Positions 39,275 to 48,990 of a stretch of DNA of 64,000 bases are shown in pieces. Made by a program: the position numbers and the translations under genes. The notes under the pieces are model-generated. The model ran no database searches. It was not told the DNA's origin and saw only the letters and a program-made list of their open reading frames with translations. Positions within the stretch are counted from its first letter, which is position 1; each line of letters opens with the position of its first letter. Origin of the DNA: an uncultured delta proteobacterium (GTDB taxonomy: Bacteria > Desulfobacterota > Binatia > UBA9968); NCBI GenBank assembly GCA_963816145.1, contig CAWFJP010000011.1, forward strand, positions 288,001-352,000. The letters are read 5' to 3'.

Positions 39275-40198
39275 ATGGCGGCGATGATACCTGGACCTAA
39301 CGATTTCCGCGTGCGCTTTTGGGGCGTGCGCGGCAGCTATCCCACCACCGGCCAAAGCACCAGCGAGATCGGCGGCGACACCTCTTGCGTTGAAATCAGC
39401 GTCGCCGGCCAGCGACTCATCTTCGACGCCGGCACTGGCATCATTCCCCTCGGCAAAGCGATTTGCCGGCGTGCCGCGAGCCATCCCACGAGTTACGTAT
39501 TTTTGAGCCATACGCATATCGATCACTTGCTGGGGCTGTATTTTTTTGAACCGCTACTGACCGCAGGCGCCCGGTCGTTTATTTACGGTCCGGGCCGGTC
39601 GAACGGTGCCTTGCAGCAAACCTTGCAGCAGTTGACCCACAGCAATCTTTTTCCGGTCACCTTCGATGATCTCAAGGGTAAGATCGAAGTTCACTCACTT
39701 GGCGGCGGCGAGACACTGCGATTTGGCGCGCCGGGCAAGCGGCTAACGGTACGTAAGCATCCACCAGCGCGCCAGAACCCGAATGGCGAATTGTCGATCA
39801 CCACCCATCAGAGCCAAGCCCATCCGCGTGAGGGCGTGATGCTTTACCGCATCGAATACCGCGGCAAGACTCTTGTCTACGCGACCGACGTCGAACAGCG
39901 GCCGGGCGGCTATACCGACGTCATCGCGTTTGCCGATGGCGCCGACATGCTGATTCATGACGCGCAGTATTTGCACGGCGAGTATTATTCCCGGACCAAG
40001 TCGAAAAAGGGTTGGGGCCATAGCACCATCGAAATGGCCGCCGAAGTCGCCGCCAAGGCGCGAGTCAAACAGCTCGTGCTGTTTCATCATGAACCGCAGC
40101 ACGACGATTCGGCGATGCGACGCATCGCCCGGCTCGGTAAAAAATTGTTCCCTGGCTCGATCGTCGCTTCTCAAGGATTGGAGTTGAAGCTGCTGTGA
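39275..40198 (+). CDS. MBL-fold metallo-hydrolase (RNase Z / phosphodiesterase-like)
   Basis: FWGVRGS.P, GGDTSCV, DAGTG, SHTHIDH, HDAQY, GWGHS and LFHHEP motifs. Confidence 0.9.
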   Translation: MAAMIPGPNDFRVRFWGVRGSYPTTGQSTSEIGGDTSCVEISVAGQRLIFDAGTGIIPLGKAICRRAASHPTSYVFLSHTHIDHLLGLYFFEPLLTAGARSFIYGPGRSNGALQQTLQQLTHSNLFPVTFDDLKGKIEVHSLGGGETLRFGAPGKRLTVRKHPPARQNPNGELSITTHQSQAHPREGVMLYRIEYRGKTLVYATDVEQRPGGYTDVIAFADGADMLIHDAQYLHGEYYSRTKSKKGWGHSTIEMAAEVAAKARVKQLVLFHHEPQHDDSAMRRIARLGKKLFPGSIVASQGLELKLL

Positions 40199-41190
40199 TC
40201 GCCAAGCTGACATCACGCAGGGCAGGCGCACTGCATGCATTTGCCCTTCTGCTTATCCTCACCACGGTCGCACCGGCCCAAGCCCAGACAAAAGCACGCA
40301 TCGGCGTGCTGTTGCCGGAGCTCGGCCGGGCTCAGTCCCAGTCCGTCAAAGGATTGAACGAAGAACTCAAGCGATTAGGTTTCATCGAGCGCAAAAATCT
40401 AATTGTCGAGACCCGCAACGCCAAAGGCGACCGCGGCGCCTTGCGTCCTGCCGCCGACGAACTAATAGCGCGCAAAGTCGAGATCATTTTTACCACCGGC
40501 ACCCGCGCGACCATGGCGGCGGCCGGCGCCAGCACTGACATTCCCATCGTATTTGTCCATCCCGGCGACCCGGTCGCCGCCGGCATGGCAAAAAGTATGG
40601 GCGAGCCGCCGCGCAACATAACCGGCATCGCCGGCTTCGCTGTCGAGAAGACCGAGAAACGTTTAGCGTTATTGAAAGAACTGATTCCCGAGCTGCGCGA
40701 AGTGCATATCTTTTTCGATAGTAACAATAATTTTTCCCGTGACAACTTCGCAATTGCCCAGGCTGCGGCAAAAAAACTTGGTCTGCCGGTGATCGAACAT
40801 GGCGTCAAGTCCGCCGACGAACTGAAGACGACTCTCAGCAGCTTGCGCACCGCGCCGGGCGTGGCGCTATTTCACGTACCCGACGACCTGGTCGAAGGCG
40901 AAGCGGAGTTCATCTTCAAGACTGCTCGGCAGAAGAAATTGCCGAGCATGTTCAACGAAGAATCCTGGGCGATCCTAGGCGCCACTGCGGCCTATGGTCC
41001 GAGCTACCTTGACATGGGGCGGCGCGCCGGGGCTATGATCGGGCGCATCTTGAAAAATCCCAAGAGCGCGCTGCCGGCCATCGAACGGGCCGAAAAGTTC
41101 GAGTTCGTCATCAACTACCGGACGGCAAACTTCATGGGCTTGCAATTGCCGCCGGCGGTCTTGAAGCGTGCCGACAAGGTCATCCGCTGA
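40195..41190 (+). CDS. ABC_sub_bind (PF04392-type) substrate-binding protein
   Basis: Signal peptide, IPIVF..GDPV..G, NITG, KRL.LLKE and C-terminal FEFVIN..TA..GL.LP..L.RADKVIR. Confidence 0.9.
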   Translation: MIAKLTSRRAGALHAFALLLILTTVAPAQAQTKARIGVLLPELGRAQSQSVKGLNEELKRLGFIERKNLIVETRNAKGDRGALRPAADELIARKVEIIFTTGTRATMAAAGASTDIPIVFVHPGDPVAAGMAKSMGEPPRNITGIAGFAVEKTEKRLALLKELIPELREVHIFFDSNNNFSRDNFAIAQAAAKKLGLPVIEHGVKSADELKTTLSSLRTAPGVALFHVPDDLVEGEAEFIFKTARQKKLPSMFNEESWAILGATAAYGPSYLDMGRRAGAMIGRILKNPKSALPAIERAEKFEFVINYRTANFMGLQLPPAVLKRADKVIR

Positions 41191-41201
41191 GCCGAACCAC
41201 C

Positions 41202-43835
41202 ATGGAACCACTGGCCGACACCATACGTGGCATTTCGATCTTTTCCGGCCTGACGCGCGAGGATGTCGCCAAGGTCTTGGGCAAGATGGAAGAGCTCAAC
41301 CTCGCCGCTGGCGAGACGATAGTTCGTCAGGGCGATCAGGGCGACGCCTTTTATTTGATTCAGTCGGGCGCCGTGCAAGTGGTCGTCGACAGCGGCGCCG
41401 GCAACTCCGAGATCGTGGCGATTTTGGGGCCCCAAGACTGCTTCGGCGAGATGGCTCTGTTCTCGGGCGAGCCGCGCTCGGCGACCATCGTCACGGTCAA
41501 AGATTCCATCCTGTGGCGTTTGAGCCGGCAGGACTGGGACGAATTAATCGCCAAATATCCCAGTTGGCTGTTGCAGCTCTGCGCCACCCTCAGCAAGCGC
41601 TTAGCCTACGTCGACCGGCAGTACTCCACCGGGCGCGAAGCGTTTAACTCGCTCGCCGAAGAGTTCTACGCCGGCCGCTCGCCGCGCCAGCAAGAATTCT
41701 TCCGCCATGCATCTCTGTTGCACGCCATGGACGGCGCCACCGTCGAACATCTGTTTCAATCGAAGTCGATCGCGCGTGTGCTCGCCGACTTGAGCAAGAG
41801 CCAGTCACCCTTGGTGCGCCATCTCGGCAATGACCGCATCGAGTTTCACAGTTTCTTCAAAGATTTTTTGCACGAGAAACTGCTCGCCATCGATGGCGGC
41901 GAAACCAAGCAGCGACTCCACGGCAATTTTGCCAAACGCTACGCCGCCATTGGCGACTGGCAGCAGGCGATCCATCACGCCGCCCAAGTGCCGGACTGGC
42001 CCGAAGTCATCAGGCTTGTCAAAGCCCAGAGTAAAGAAGCGCTGACTGCGGCGGCGCAATCGGTCAGAAACATTTTGGAGCGCATCCCGCGCGAGTACTT
42101 CATCGCCGACACCGCCCTGGTCAATTTGAAGAGCGATCTCTTGATCCATCTGGGCGATCTACCCGGCGCCTTTCGCGCCTATCAAGAAATCTTAGCCCAG
42201 CGCGCCGCCGCCGGCGAAGCCGTTGCCAGTTACCGCCGCATCGCCGACACCTTGGCGCGACGCAAAGAATATGGCCAGGCCATCGGCCAACTGCGCAGCG
42301 CGCTCAGCTTGATCGAGCGCGACATGACGCTACCGGAACACTATGCCAATGTGGCACCCGAGCCGGTGTCGTTTAACGGCGAGCGCACCGGCGATGACGC
42401 GCCGCGCCGCTGGCAATTGTCCGCCGCAGCATTACAGTCAGCGCCCTTGAGCAAATGGTTCGGCGCGCTGTTGGGTCTCGGTGTCGGCGGCTATCTATGG
42501 TTTGGCACACCGGACATCGGCTTGGAGCCCTCCGGCACCAAGCTCCTGGGTCTGATCTCGTTAACCCTGATCTTTTGGGTGTTTCGCACCTTGCCGGATT
42601 ACGGCGTCGCGCTGGTGTTCGCCATGGCTGTCATCATAACCAAACTGGAGTCGGCGCCGACCGTAATGGGCGGCTTCGCCAGCACGACTTGGTTTATGAC
42701 CCTCGGCGTCTTAGGGCTCGGCGCGGCGATCACTGGCTGCGGGCTATTTTATCGTTTGTCGCTCCATCTGGTGCGGCTCTTTCCGCTGAACTTTCACTGG
42801 CAGATCGTCGCCACCGGCATCATGGGTGTGGTGGTCATGGCGCTGATCCCGCAGCAGACCGCGCGCACGGTGATCACCAGTCAAATGCTCATCAATCTAT
42901 CCGAAAGCCTGGGTTACAAGACACCGTCGAAGGCATCCACCGGACTATTCGTCGCGAGCTTTCTCGGCCTGGGCCAACTGGGATTCTTGTTTCTCACAGG
43001 TTCCACCACCAGCTTGATCGCCTGGGGACTATTGCCGCCCGACGTGCGCGAGCAATTCAGTTGGGGCTATTGGTTTTTGGCCGCGCTGCCGCCGACCTTG
43101 GTCGTCGTCGTCATCATCTTGGCGGTCACGGTTTTTCTCTATCGCCCGGAAGGCCAGTCGCATATCTCATATAAAATGGTGCAAACCCAGCTCGACATCT
43201 TGGGCGGAATGTCGCGCAAGGAATGGATCAGTCTGCTCGTCTTGCTGTTCACCGTCATCGGCTGGCTCACCGCGCCCTACCATGGGATCGACGGCGCGTG
43301 GATCGCCATTATCGCTTTCGCGGTGCTGGTCAACACGTCGATTCTCGACTGGGGCATGATGCGCAAAGGCATCGACTGGGAGCTGTTGATTCACATGGGC
43401 GTGACCCTGAGCCTGCCGACGCTGATGAAGCAGGCCAAGATCGACCAGTGGCTGGTCGATGTGCTTTCGCCGCTGATCCTGCCTTTCATGGACAGCCCGG
43501 TGTGGTTTTTTATCGTGATCGCGCTGCTGACTTACGTCTTGAAGCTGGTATTTACCAGCTTCTTAGCCGTGGTCACGCTCTGCGTGGCGCTGTTGCCGCT
43601 GTCCATCGATGTCGGCATGAACCCGTGGATCATCGCCATGATGATTCTGATCGCCTCGGAAGTTTGGTTTTTCCCCTATCAAGTCGACTGGCATATGCTC
43701 GCCTTCTCCACTACCGAAGGCAGAGGGTTTTCGTACCCGCTCATGTGCCGGATCAATCCGGTCTACGCCCTCGCCTATATTGTCGCATTGCTGTTGGCGA
43801 TCCCCTACTGGCGTTTCTTAGGCTTGATGAATTAG
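41202..43835 (+). CDS. fusion of a cNMP-binding domain, a helical/TPR segment and a DASS (SLC13-like) anion permease
   Basis: FGEMALFSGEPRSAT phosphate-binding cassette; TPR-like aa ~230-370; multi-TM C-terminal half with GF...W, IP..TAR, FLTG, MS..EW, I.W and PYW. Confidence 0.8.
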   Translation: MEPLADTIRGISIFSGLTREDVAKVLGKMEELNLAAGETIVRQGDQGDAFYLIQSGAVQVVVDSGAGNSEIVAILGPQDCFGEMALFSGEPRSATIVTVKDSILWRLSRQDWDELIAKYPSWLLQLCATLSKRLAYVDRQYSTGREAFNSLAEEFYAGRSPRQQEFFRHASLLHAMDGATVEHLFQSKSIARVLADLSKSQSPLVRHLGNDRIEFHSFFKDFLHEKLLAIDGGETKQRLHGNFAKRYAAIGDWQQAIHHAAQVPDWPEVIRLVKAQSKEALTAAAQSVRNILERIPREYFIADTALVNLKSDLLIHLGDLPGAFRAYQEILAQRAAAGEAVASYRRIADTLARRKEYGQAIGQLRSALSLIERDMTLPEHYANVAPEPVSFNGERTGDDAPRRWQLSAAALQSAPLSKWFGALLGLGVGGYLWFGTPDIGLEPSGTKLLGLISLTLIFWVFRTLPDYGVALVFAMAVIITKLESAPTVMGGFASTTWFMTLGVLGLGAAITGCGLFYRLSLHLVRLFPLNFHWQIVATGIMGVVVMALIPQQTARTVITSQMLINLSESLGYKTPSKASTGLFVASFLGLGQLGFLFLTGSTTSLIAWGLLPPDVREQFSWGYWFLAALPPTLVVVVIILAVTVFLYRPEGQSHISYKMVQTQLDILGGMSRKEWISLLVLLFTVIGWLTAPYHGIDGAWIAIIAFAVLVNTSILDWGMMRKGIDWELLIHMGVTLSLPTLMKQAKIDQWLVDVLSPLILPFMDSPVWFFIVIALLTYVLKLVFTSFLAVVTLCVALLPLSIDVGMNPWIIAMMILIASEVWFFPYQVDWHMLAFSTTEGRGFSYPLMCRINPVYALAYIVALLLAIPYWRFLGLMN

Positions 43836-43844
43836 CGCGACACC

Positions 43845-45188
43845 ATGGCGAGCAAAATCCTCATCGTCGACGACGAACCGTTCAACCTCGACCTGCTCGA
43901 ACAGGAGTTGGCCGATCTTGGCTATGTAACGGAGCGGGCGAACAATGGTGCTCAAGCATTGCAAAAAATCGCCAGAGCTAATCCCGATCTAGTCCTGCTC
44001 GATTATCAGATGCCCGACATGAACGGCATCGAAGTGCTGCGCAACGTCCGTCAGACGGACAAAGACTTGCCAGTGGTTTTGATCACCGCCCATGGCAGCA
44101 TCGAACGCGCCGTCGAAGCGGTCAAAGCCGGTGCCGACGACTTCATCACCAAGCCATTCGATCCCGAACACTTGGCCGTGGTCGTCAAAAAAGCTCTCGA
44201 TCGCGCCCAGCTCAAACAAGATGTTGAATTCTTCGCTCAGGAACTGGGCGGCCGCAACCATCTGGTGGCGGGCGACAGCGCCGCCATGCGCGGCATCATC
44301 GACGAAGCGAAAAAAGCCGCGGCTAGCAAATCGACGGTACTGCTCTTGGGTGAAAGCGGCACGGGCAAGGAACTGTTCGCCCGCTCGATCCACGACTGGA
44401 GCGAACGCCGGTTAAAACCCTTCGTCGCCATCAACTGCGCCGGCCTCGCCAAAGAACTCCTCGAAAGCGATTTGTTCGGCCATGAGAAAGGCGCCTTTAC
44501 CGGCGCCCATCAATTGAAAAAGGGCAAGCTGGAATTTGCCCATGGCGGCACGGTGTTTCTCGACGAGATCGGCGATCTGGCGTTGGAGCTGCAAACCAAG
44601 CTCTTGCGCGTCTTGCAGGAACGCGAGTTCGAACGGGTCGGCGGGACAACGAAGATCAATGCCGATCTGCGCATCATCGCCGCCACCAATCGCGATCTCG
44701 AAACCGCGGTCAACGCGGGCACTTTCCGCGCCGATCTTTATCACAGACTCAACGTCATCGCCGTGACGCTGCCGCCGCTGCGCGAGCGCAAAGACGATAT
44801 TCCCGCCTTGGCGAATTATTTTTTGCAACGCTGCGCCGCCGATACCAAGAAGAACTTTTCGACCATCGCCGACGACGCCCTGGAAAAACTCCTGGCCTAC
44901 AGTTGGCCGGGCAACGTCCGGGAACTCGCCAACGTCATCGAGCGCGCCGTGGTTTTGGGCGACGGTCCGCAACTAACACTGCACCATCTCCCCGCCCGAG
45001 TGGTCGGCGCCCAACCGCCCGGCGGTTCCGAGGTAATATCGTTCCACGACGCCATCAACAGTTACCGCCGCGAACTCATCGTCCGCGCCCTGGCAACCAC
45101 CCAAGGCAACCGCGCCAACGCCGCCAAGGCGCTGGGCATGCACCGCACCCACTTCATGAAGCTACTCAAAGCGCTGCAAATCACCTAG
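43845..45188 (+). CDS. sigma54-dependent response regulator (NtrC family)
   Basis: Receiver, [28 protein letters not shown] and a C-terminal Fis-type HTH. Confidence 0.95.
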   Translation: MASKILIVDDEPFNLDLLEQELADLGYVTERANNGAQALQKIARANPDLVLLDYQMPDMNGIEVLRNVRQTDKDLPVVLITAHGSIERAVEAVKAGADDFITKPFDPEHLAVVVKKALDRAQLKQDVEFFAQELGGRNHLVAGDSAAMRGIIDEAKKAAASKSTVLLLGESGTGKELFARSIHDWSERRLKPFVAINCAGLAKELLESDLFGHEKGAFTGAHQLKKGKLEFAHGGTVFLDEIGDLALELQTKLLRVLQEREFERVGGTTKINADLRIIAATNRDLETAVNAGTFRADLYHRLNVIAVTLPPLRERKDDIPALANYFLQRCAADTKKNFSTIADDALEKLLAYSWPGNVRELANVIERAVVLGDGPQLTLHHLPARVVGAQPPGGSEVISFHDAINSYRRELIVRALATTQGNRANAAKALGMHRTHFMKLLKALQIT

Positions 45189-45193
45189 AAAAC

Positions 45194-45267
45194 GGTAAGG
45201 CGTGAGGGGTAAAGGGTTAGACGTTTTTCGACCCCGACGCCTCACCCCTTACCCTTTACCCCTTACG
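45194..45267. repeat. inverted heptamer-repeat element, empty form
   Basis: GGTAAGG CGTGAGG GGTAAAG GGTTAGA ... CCTCACC CCTTACC CTTTACC CCTTACG. Confidence 0.8.
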
Positions 45268-45282
45268 TGCTACTGATCCAAC

Positions 45283-45324
45283 TGTCGCATTTTAACTACA
45301 CCGAGTATCAAAACGACTACTCGG
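45283..45324. promoter_or_regulatory. candidate tandem enhancer (UAS) for a sigma54 activator
   Basis: TGT-N12-ACA (45283-45300) and AGT-N12-ACT (45304-45321, inside the perfect IR CCGAGTA-N10-TACTCGG), 21 bp apart. Confidence 0.55.
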
Positions 45325-45416
45325 ACCAGGTATGCTAACCTCTGGCTGCTTTCGCCGGAACTGCAATTCCTCCACACTTTTAACCACTTAGATCGATCTT
45401 GCCGGTATTGCAGTCC

Positions 45417-45432
45417 TGGTACAGCCATTGCG
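45417..45432 (+). promoter_or_regulatory. sigma54 -24/-12 promoter
   Basis: TGGTACAGCCATTGCG with GG-N10-GC spacing and TTGC; lies between the NtrC-type gene and the SBP genes. Confidence 0.65.
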
Positions 45433-45548
45433 CTAGTGAAGCTTGGAAACTCTATGTGCTCTGTGTGTCCGCAGGTCGCTATCGTTCGCCAATATCCTGG
45501 TTGCTCGTTTCACCGATGCAGCCCAGCCGGAAGGTTGCGCAAAATTTT

Positions 45549-46523
45549 ATGATTACTAAGTTTACCCTAGTCATCGCCATGTGGCTGGTACTGCTTGCTC
45601 CGCCCGCCCGCGCGCAGCAGGCCAACAAACAGCCCCGGGTTGGATTTCTCGCGGCTGGCGGCTCCAACATCCCCGAACCGTTCGTACAAAAGCTGCGCGA
45701 TCTGGGTCATATCGATGGGTCTAATATAGCCTTTGAACTGCAAACGAGGCGCAACCCAAACAGCGATTGGTCCGAACCAGTAGCCCAACTCATCAAACTG
45801 AAAGTCGACATCATCGTCGCCGACGGCTCGGGTCCGGCCACCGCCGCCATGAAAGCCACCAAAACGATTCCCATCGTCATGACCAGCAGCACCGATCCCG
45901 TCGGCATCGGCCTGGTCGCCAGCCTGGCCCAGCCCGGCGGTAACGTCACCGGCCTGTCGAGCGTCAGCGGTGAGTTGGGCGGCAAGCTGTTGGAGATTTT
46001 AAAGGAGATCATGCCCCGCCTCACGCGCGTCGTTGTCCCCGGACCGCCGCCCGGCAGTACGACACAAGATCTATTCATGAAGGAAAGTGTGGCGCCCGCC
46101 CAAGCGCTCAAAGTGGAACTGATCCGCGTTACCGTGCGTGGATCGGAAGACTACGACCAAGTTTTTCAAACCGCCGCCAAAAGAAAGGCTCAAGCGCTGG
46201 TCGTGCGCATCCCCGCCAGTATTCCGCCGGTCCAACGCCAGCAGTTCACCCAACTGGCGGCCAAGCATCGTCTGCCAGCGATGTATCAAGCCACCAACTG
46301 GGTCGCCGCCGGCGGCCTGATCTCTTACGGCGCCGATCGCACCCATCAGTTCCAACGCAGCGCCATCTATGTCGACAAAATATTGAAAGGCGCCAAGCCC
46401 GCCGATCTTCCGATTGAGCAGCCCATGAAGTTCGAGTTTGTGATAAACCTAAAAGCCGCCAAACAGATCGGCCTGACGATCCCGCCGAATGTGTTGGCGC
46501 GGGCGGATCGGGTGATCCGGTAG
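45549..46523 (+). CDS. ABC_sub_bind substrate-binding protein
   Basis: Signal peptide (ARA-QQ), TIPIVM..DPV..GLVASLA.PGGNVTG and ILKGAKPADLP...RADRVIR. Confidence 0.9.
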   Translation: MITKFTLVIAMWLVLLAPPARAQQANKQPRVGFLAAGGSNIPEPFVQKLRDLGHIDGSNIAFELQTRRNPNSDWSEPVAQLIKLKVDIIVADGSGPATAAMKATKTIPIVMTSSTDPVGIGLVASLAQPGGNVTGLSSVSGELGGKLLEILKEIMPRLTRVVVPGPPPGSTTQDLFMKESVAPAQALKVELIRVTVRGSEDYDQVFQTAAKRKAQALVVRIPASIPPVQRQQFTQLAAKHRLPAMYQATNWVAAGGLISYGADRTHQFQRSAIYVDKILKGAKPADLPIEQPMKFEFVINLKAAKQIGLTIPPNVLARADRVIR

Positions 46524-46558
46524 ACGTGAGCCATGTGGTGCACCGAGCGAGAGAAACA

Positions 46559-47548
46559 ATGAAGATAAAAAGATTTTCTGCCGCTCTTGGCAGTGTTCTT
46601 CTGACATGTTCCACAATGCCAAGGCGCAGAGCCGGCGAAGAGTCCTGCGCATCGGCGTCTTGCTGTCCGGTTCACACCGTCCGTGTCATCAGCGCGCATT
46701 ACGAGCATTTCAGCAGGGCCTCCGTGATCTTGGCTATGTCGAAGGAAAAAATCTCGTCATTGAATACCGGTATGCCGACGGTGAAGTTAGATCCCGTGCC
46801 AGCATCTTTGCGGCTGAGCTGGTGAGCCTCAACGTTGATGTCATACTCACAGATACTTCGAATGCCACTCAGGCGGCCAAGAACGCGACCAGGACCATTC
46901 CGATAGTATTTACAATGGCCAACGATCCCGTCGCGGATGGTCAAGTGACCAGCCTGGCGCGACCAGGCGGGAACCTCACCGGGTTTTCGATCCTCGCCAT
47001 CGACCTGAATGGAAAGCGGCTTGACCTTCTCAAGGAGAGCGATTCCCAAGGTTACAAGGGTAGGCTTTCTCACGAGAATGGGCACAACGCTGGCGAAACG
47101 TTTCGAAGGAAGCCGACGCCGACGCCAAAGGATTGGGCTTGCGTTTACACTTTCTTGGGGCAAAAGGCGTCGAAGGATCTCGAAAGTGTATTCGAAGCGG
47201 CAAAACGCGAGGGGTTCAGGCCGTTCTTGCGCACCCAAGCACATTCGTTGCGACGAACCGGGCCAGTATAATCGCCCTCGCAGCAAAGTCCCGGCTACCG
47301 GTGATGTTACCCAAACACGGATTATGTCGAGGCCGGCGGCCTGATGAGCTACGGAGCCAGATGCTATCGATGACTATCGACGTGCCGCCGGCTATGTCGA
47401 CAAGATATTCAAAGGCACCAAACCCGCGGATCTCCCGGTCCAACAACCGATGAAGTTCGAGTTTGCGATCAACTTGAAAGCGGCGAATGCGATCGGTTTG
47501 ACTATACCTCCCAACCTGCTCGCGCGGGCGGATCGGGTGATTCGATAG
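46559..47548 (+). pseudogene. ABC_sub_bind substrate-binding protein, multiply frameshifted
   Basis: LGYVEGKNLVIEYRYA, SLARPGGNLTG and the RADRVIR tail are spread over several frames; decay versus read errors unresolved. Confidence 0.8.
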
Positions 47549-47593
47549 GTGCGAACAATGAGGCGAAACCAGCCCATCGCCACTCGTAGGCCA

Positions 47594-47981
47594 TTAGAGC
47601 GGATAGATGGGGAAACGCAGCGCGCGGGCGGCGGTGATCATGCGCTCGTCGTAGCTCGCCAAGGCAACAGTTTTGTCCTTGTTTGTGCAGAAAATCGAGC
47701 GCCGCCAAGTGGAGCGCATCGAGAGTTCTGACCGGACTTGGAAAAGGTTCCAGTGCCCGCGTCAATACCGGTGGTGCGAGCTCGACCAAGGCGACACGCC
47801 CCAACAACGAGCGCACTTCGTCGGCATGCGATCGGCCGAGCTTGCGGGCGTTGATGCGCGTCCAGATCTCGTATTCAAGGAGCCGGCTGGAGATCAAGTG
47901 CTCGTCCCAAAGTTTTTCTGGCGGCGAGCGGTCTTCGGCGAGGAGATGCGCCAGCGCCACCGAAGTATCGAGATAAATCAA
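47594..47981 (-). CDS. PIN-domain (VapC) toxin, +1 insertion near 47672
   Basis: MIYLDTS and RTLDALHLA; the C-terminus ..ALASYDERM..FPIYPL* is restored by removing one base from a homopolymer. Confidence 0.85.
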
Positions 47982-48268
47982 CGCTCGCTCCGGTCGTCAT
48001 CCAGTTCACGTTTGAGGTCGCGAAAGAGCATCACTGGATTGCGCGGCGGCACGCCCTTCGACGACAACGCGGGCGGCATAATCCATCCCTGGCGCACCGC
48101 CTCGGCCAACATCGCATCGGCAAGCACCGGACTGCGGCTCGGCTCCGGCGGCACGATCTCGGCAACCACACGGTCACGATCCGTCACCAGAATCGTCTCG
48201 CCACGCTCGGCCAAGCGCACGTACTCGCTGAGCTTGTTCTTGAGAACTTTCAAACCTACGGATCGCAT
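47978..48268 (-). CDS. Phd/YefM-family antitoxin
   Basis: VG...LKNKLSEYV..AE.GE.ILVT.R..VAEI.P; overlaps the toxin start (ATGA). Confidence 0.9.
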   Translation of the reverse strand: MRSVGLKVLKNKLSEYVRLAERGETILVTDRDRVVAEIVPPEPSRSPVLADAMLAEAVRQGWIMPPALSSKGVPPRNPVMLFRDLKRELDDDRSER

Positions 48269-48275
48269 ACAAGAG

Positions 48276-48305
48276 ATTGTAGCTACTAGTAGCTACCTAC
48301 GTCAA
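48276..48305 (-). promoter_or_regulatory. TA promoter with palindromic operator; probably a leaderless transcript
   Basis: TTGACG-N18-TACAAT; perfect palindrome GTAGCTACTAGTAGCTAC at 48279-48296; ATG 7 nt after the -10. Confidence 0.75.
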
Positions 48306-48489
48306 GACAATGGATTATGGCAGACCCAGAGAGATTTCTGGAGATTGGGGCGGTCAACGGCTTGTTGTCGTCACAATCACTATATCTTCGGCGAGGTTTT
48401 TGTCGGCTCCATGCTACCAAGCAAGTCCGCCTGCAGCGCGGCGCAAAGCAAGCCGGACACTTGCAGTGTACGGATTACTCGGCGGACCA

Positions 48490-48583
48490 AAGTCTAAATG
48501 CCGGCGAAAGTAAGACTGCCTGGCAGATCGGCGTGACCATTCCGCAGTCGGCGCTCTTCCGGGCGGATCGGGTGATTCGATGA
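48490..48583 (+). pseudogene. orphan 3' remnant of an ABC_sub_bind gene
   Basis: KTAWQIGVTIPQSALFRADRVIR* with no recognisable upstream body. Confidence 0.75.
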
Positions 48584-48671
48584 ACCGTAGAGGTCTATTC
48601 ATGGGAAACATCTCGACTTTTGCCGCTGGCCGAGAATCTTCAGCGACGCGACCGACTGACATTGCGTTAGC

Positions 48672-48699
48672 TTGACAGTTTCCATTTGTCCGTCATACT
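48672..48699 (+). promoter_or_regulatory. candidate sigma70 promoter of the AbrB-PIN pair
   Basis: TTGACA-N16-CATACT followed by RBS AAGGAG. Confidence 0.55.
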
Positions 48700-48741
48700 A
48701 GAATTGGTCGGAAAGTTTATATTTGTAAGGAGATTATTAGT

Positions 48742-48990
48742 ATGTCCGCCGCGACAAAGATCACCGCGAAATTTCAGATCACGTTACCCCGAGAAGTGCG
48801 CCGCGCGTTAAAGGCCAAGGTCGGGGACTTATTGGTCTTCGTACAACAGGCGGATGGTTCGTACAGGATACAAGCCGTACCGCCGCGGCTAACCGACGCT
48901 CTTCGGCTGGCCGGCAGCCGATTATCTCCCGGAAACTTCCTGCGGGTGCACCGGGAGTTCGAAGAAGGTTGGGAAGATGAGCGAAGCTAA
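48742..48990 (+). CDS. AbrB/MazE/SpoVT-family antitoxin
   Basis: KITAKFQITLPREVRRAL...GD.L.F pattern. Confidence 0.9.
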   Translation: MSAATKITAKFQITLPREVRRALKAKVGDLLVFVQQADGSYRIQAVPPRLTDALRLAGSRLSPGNFLRVHREFEEGWEDERS

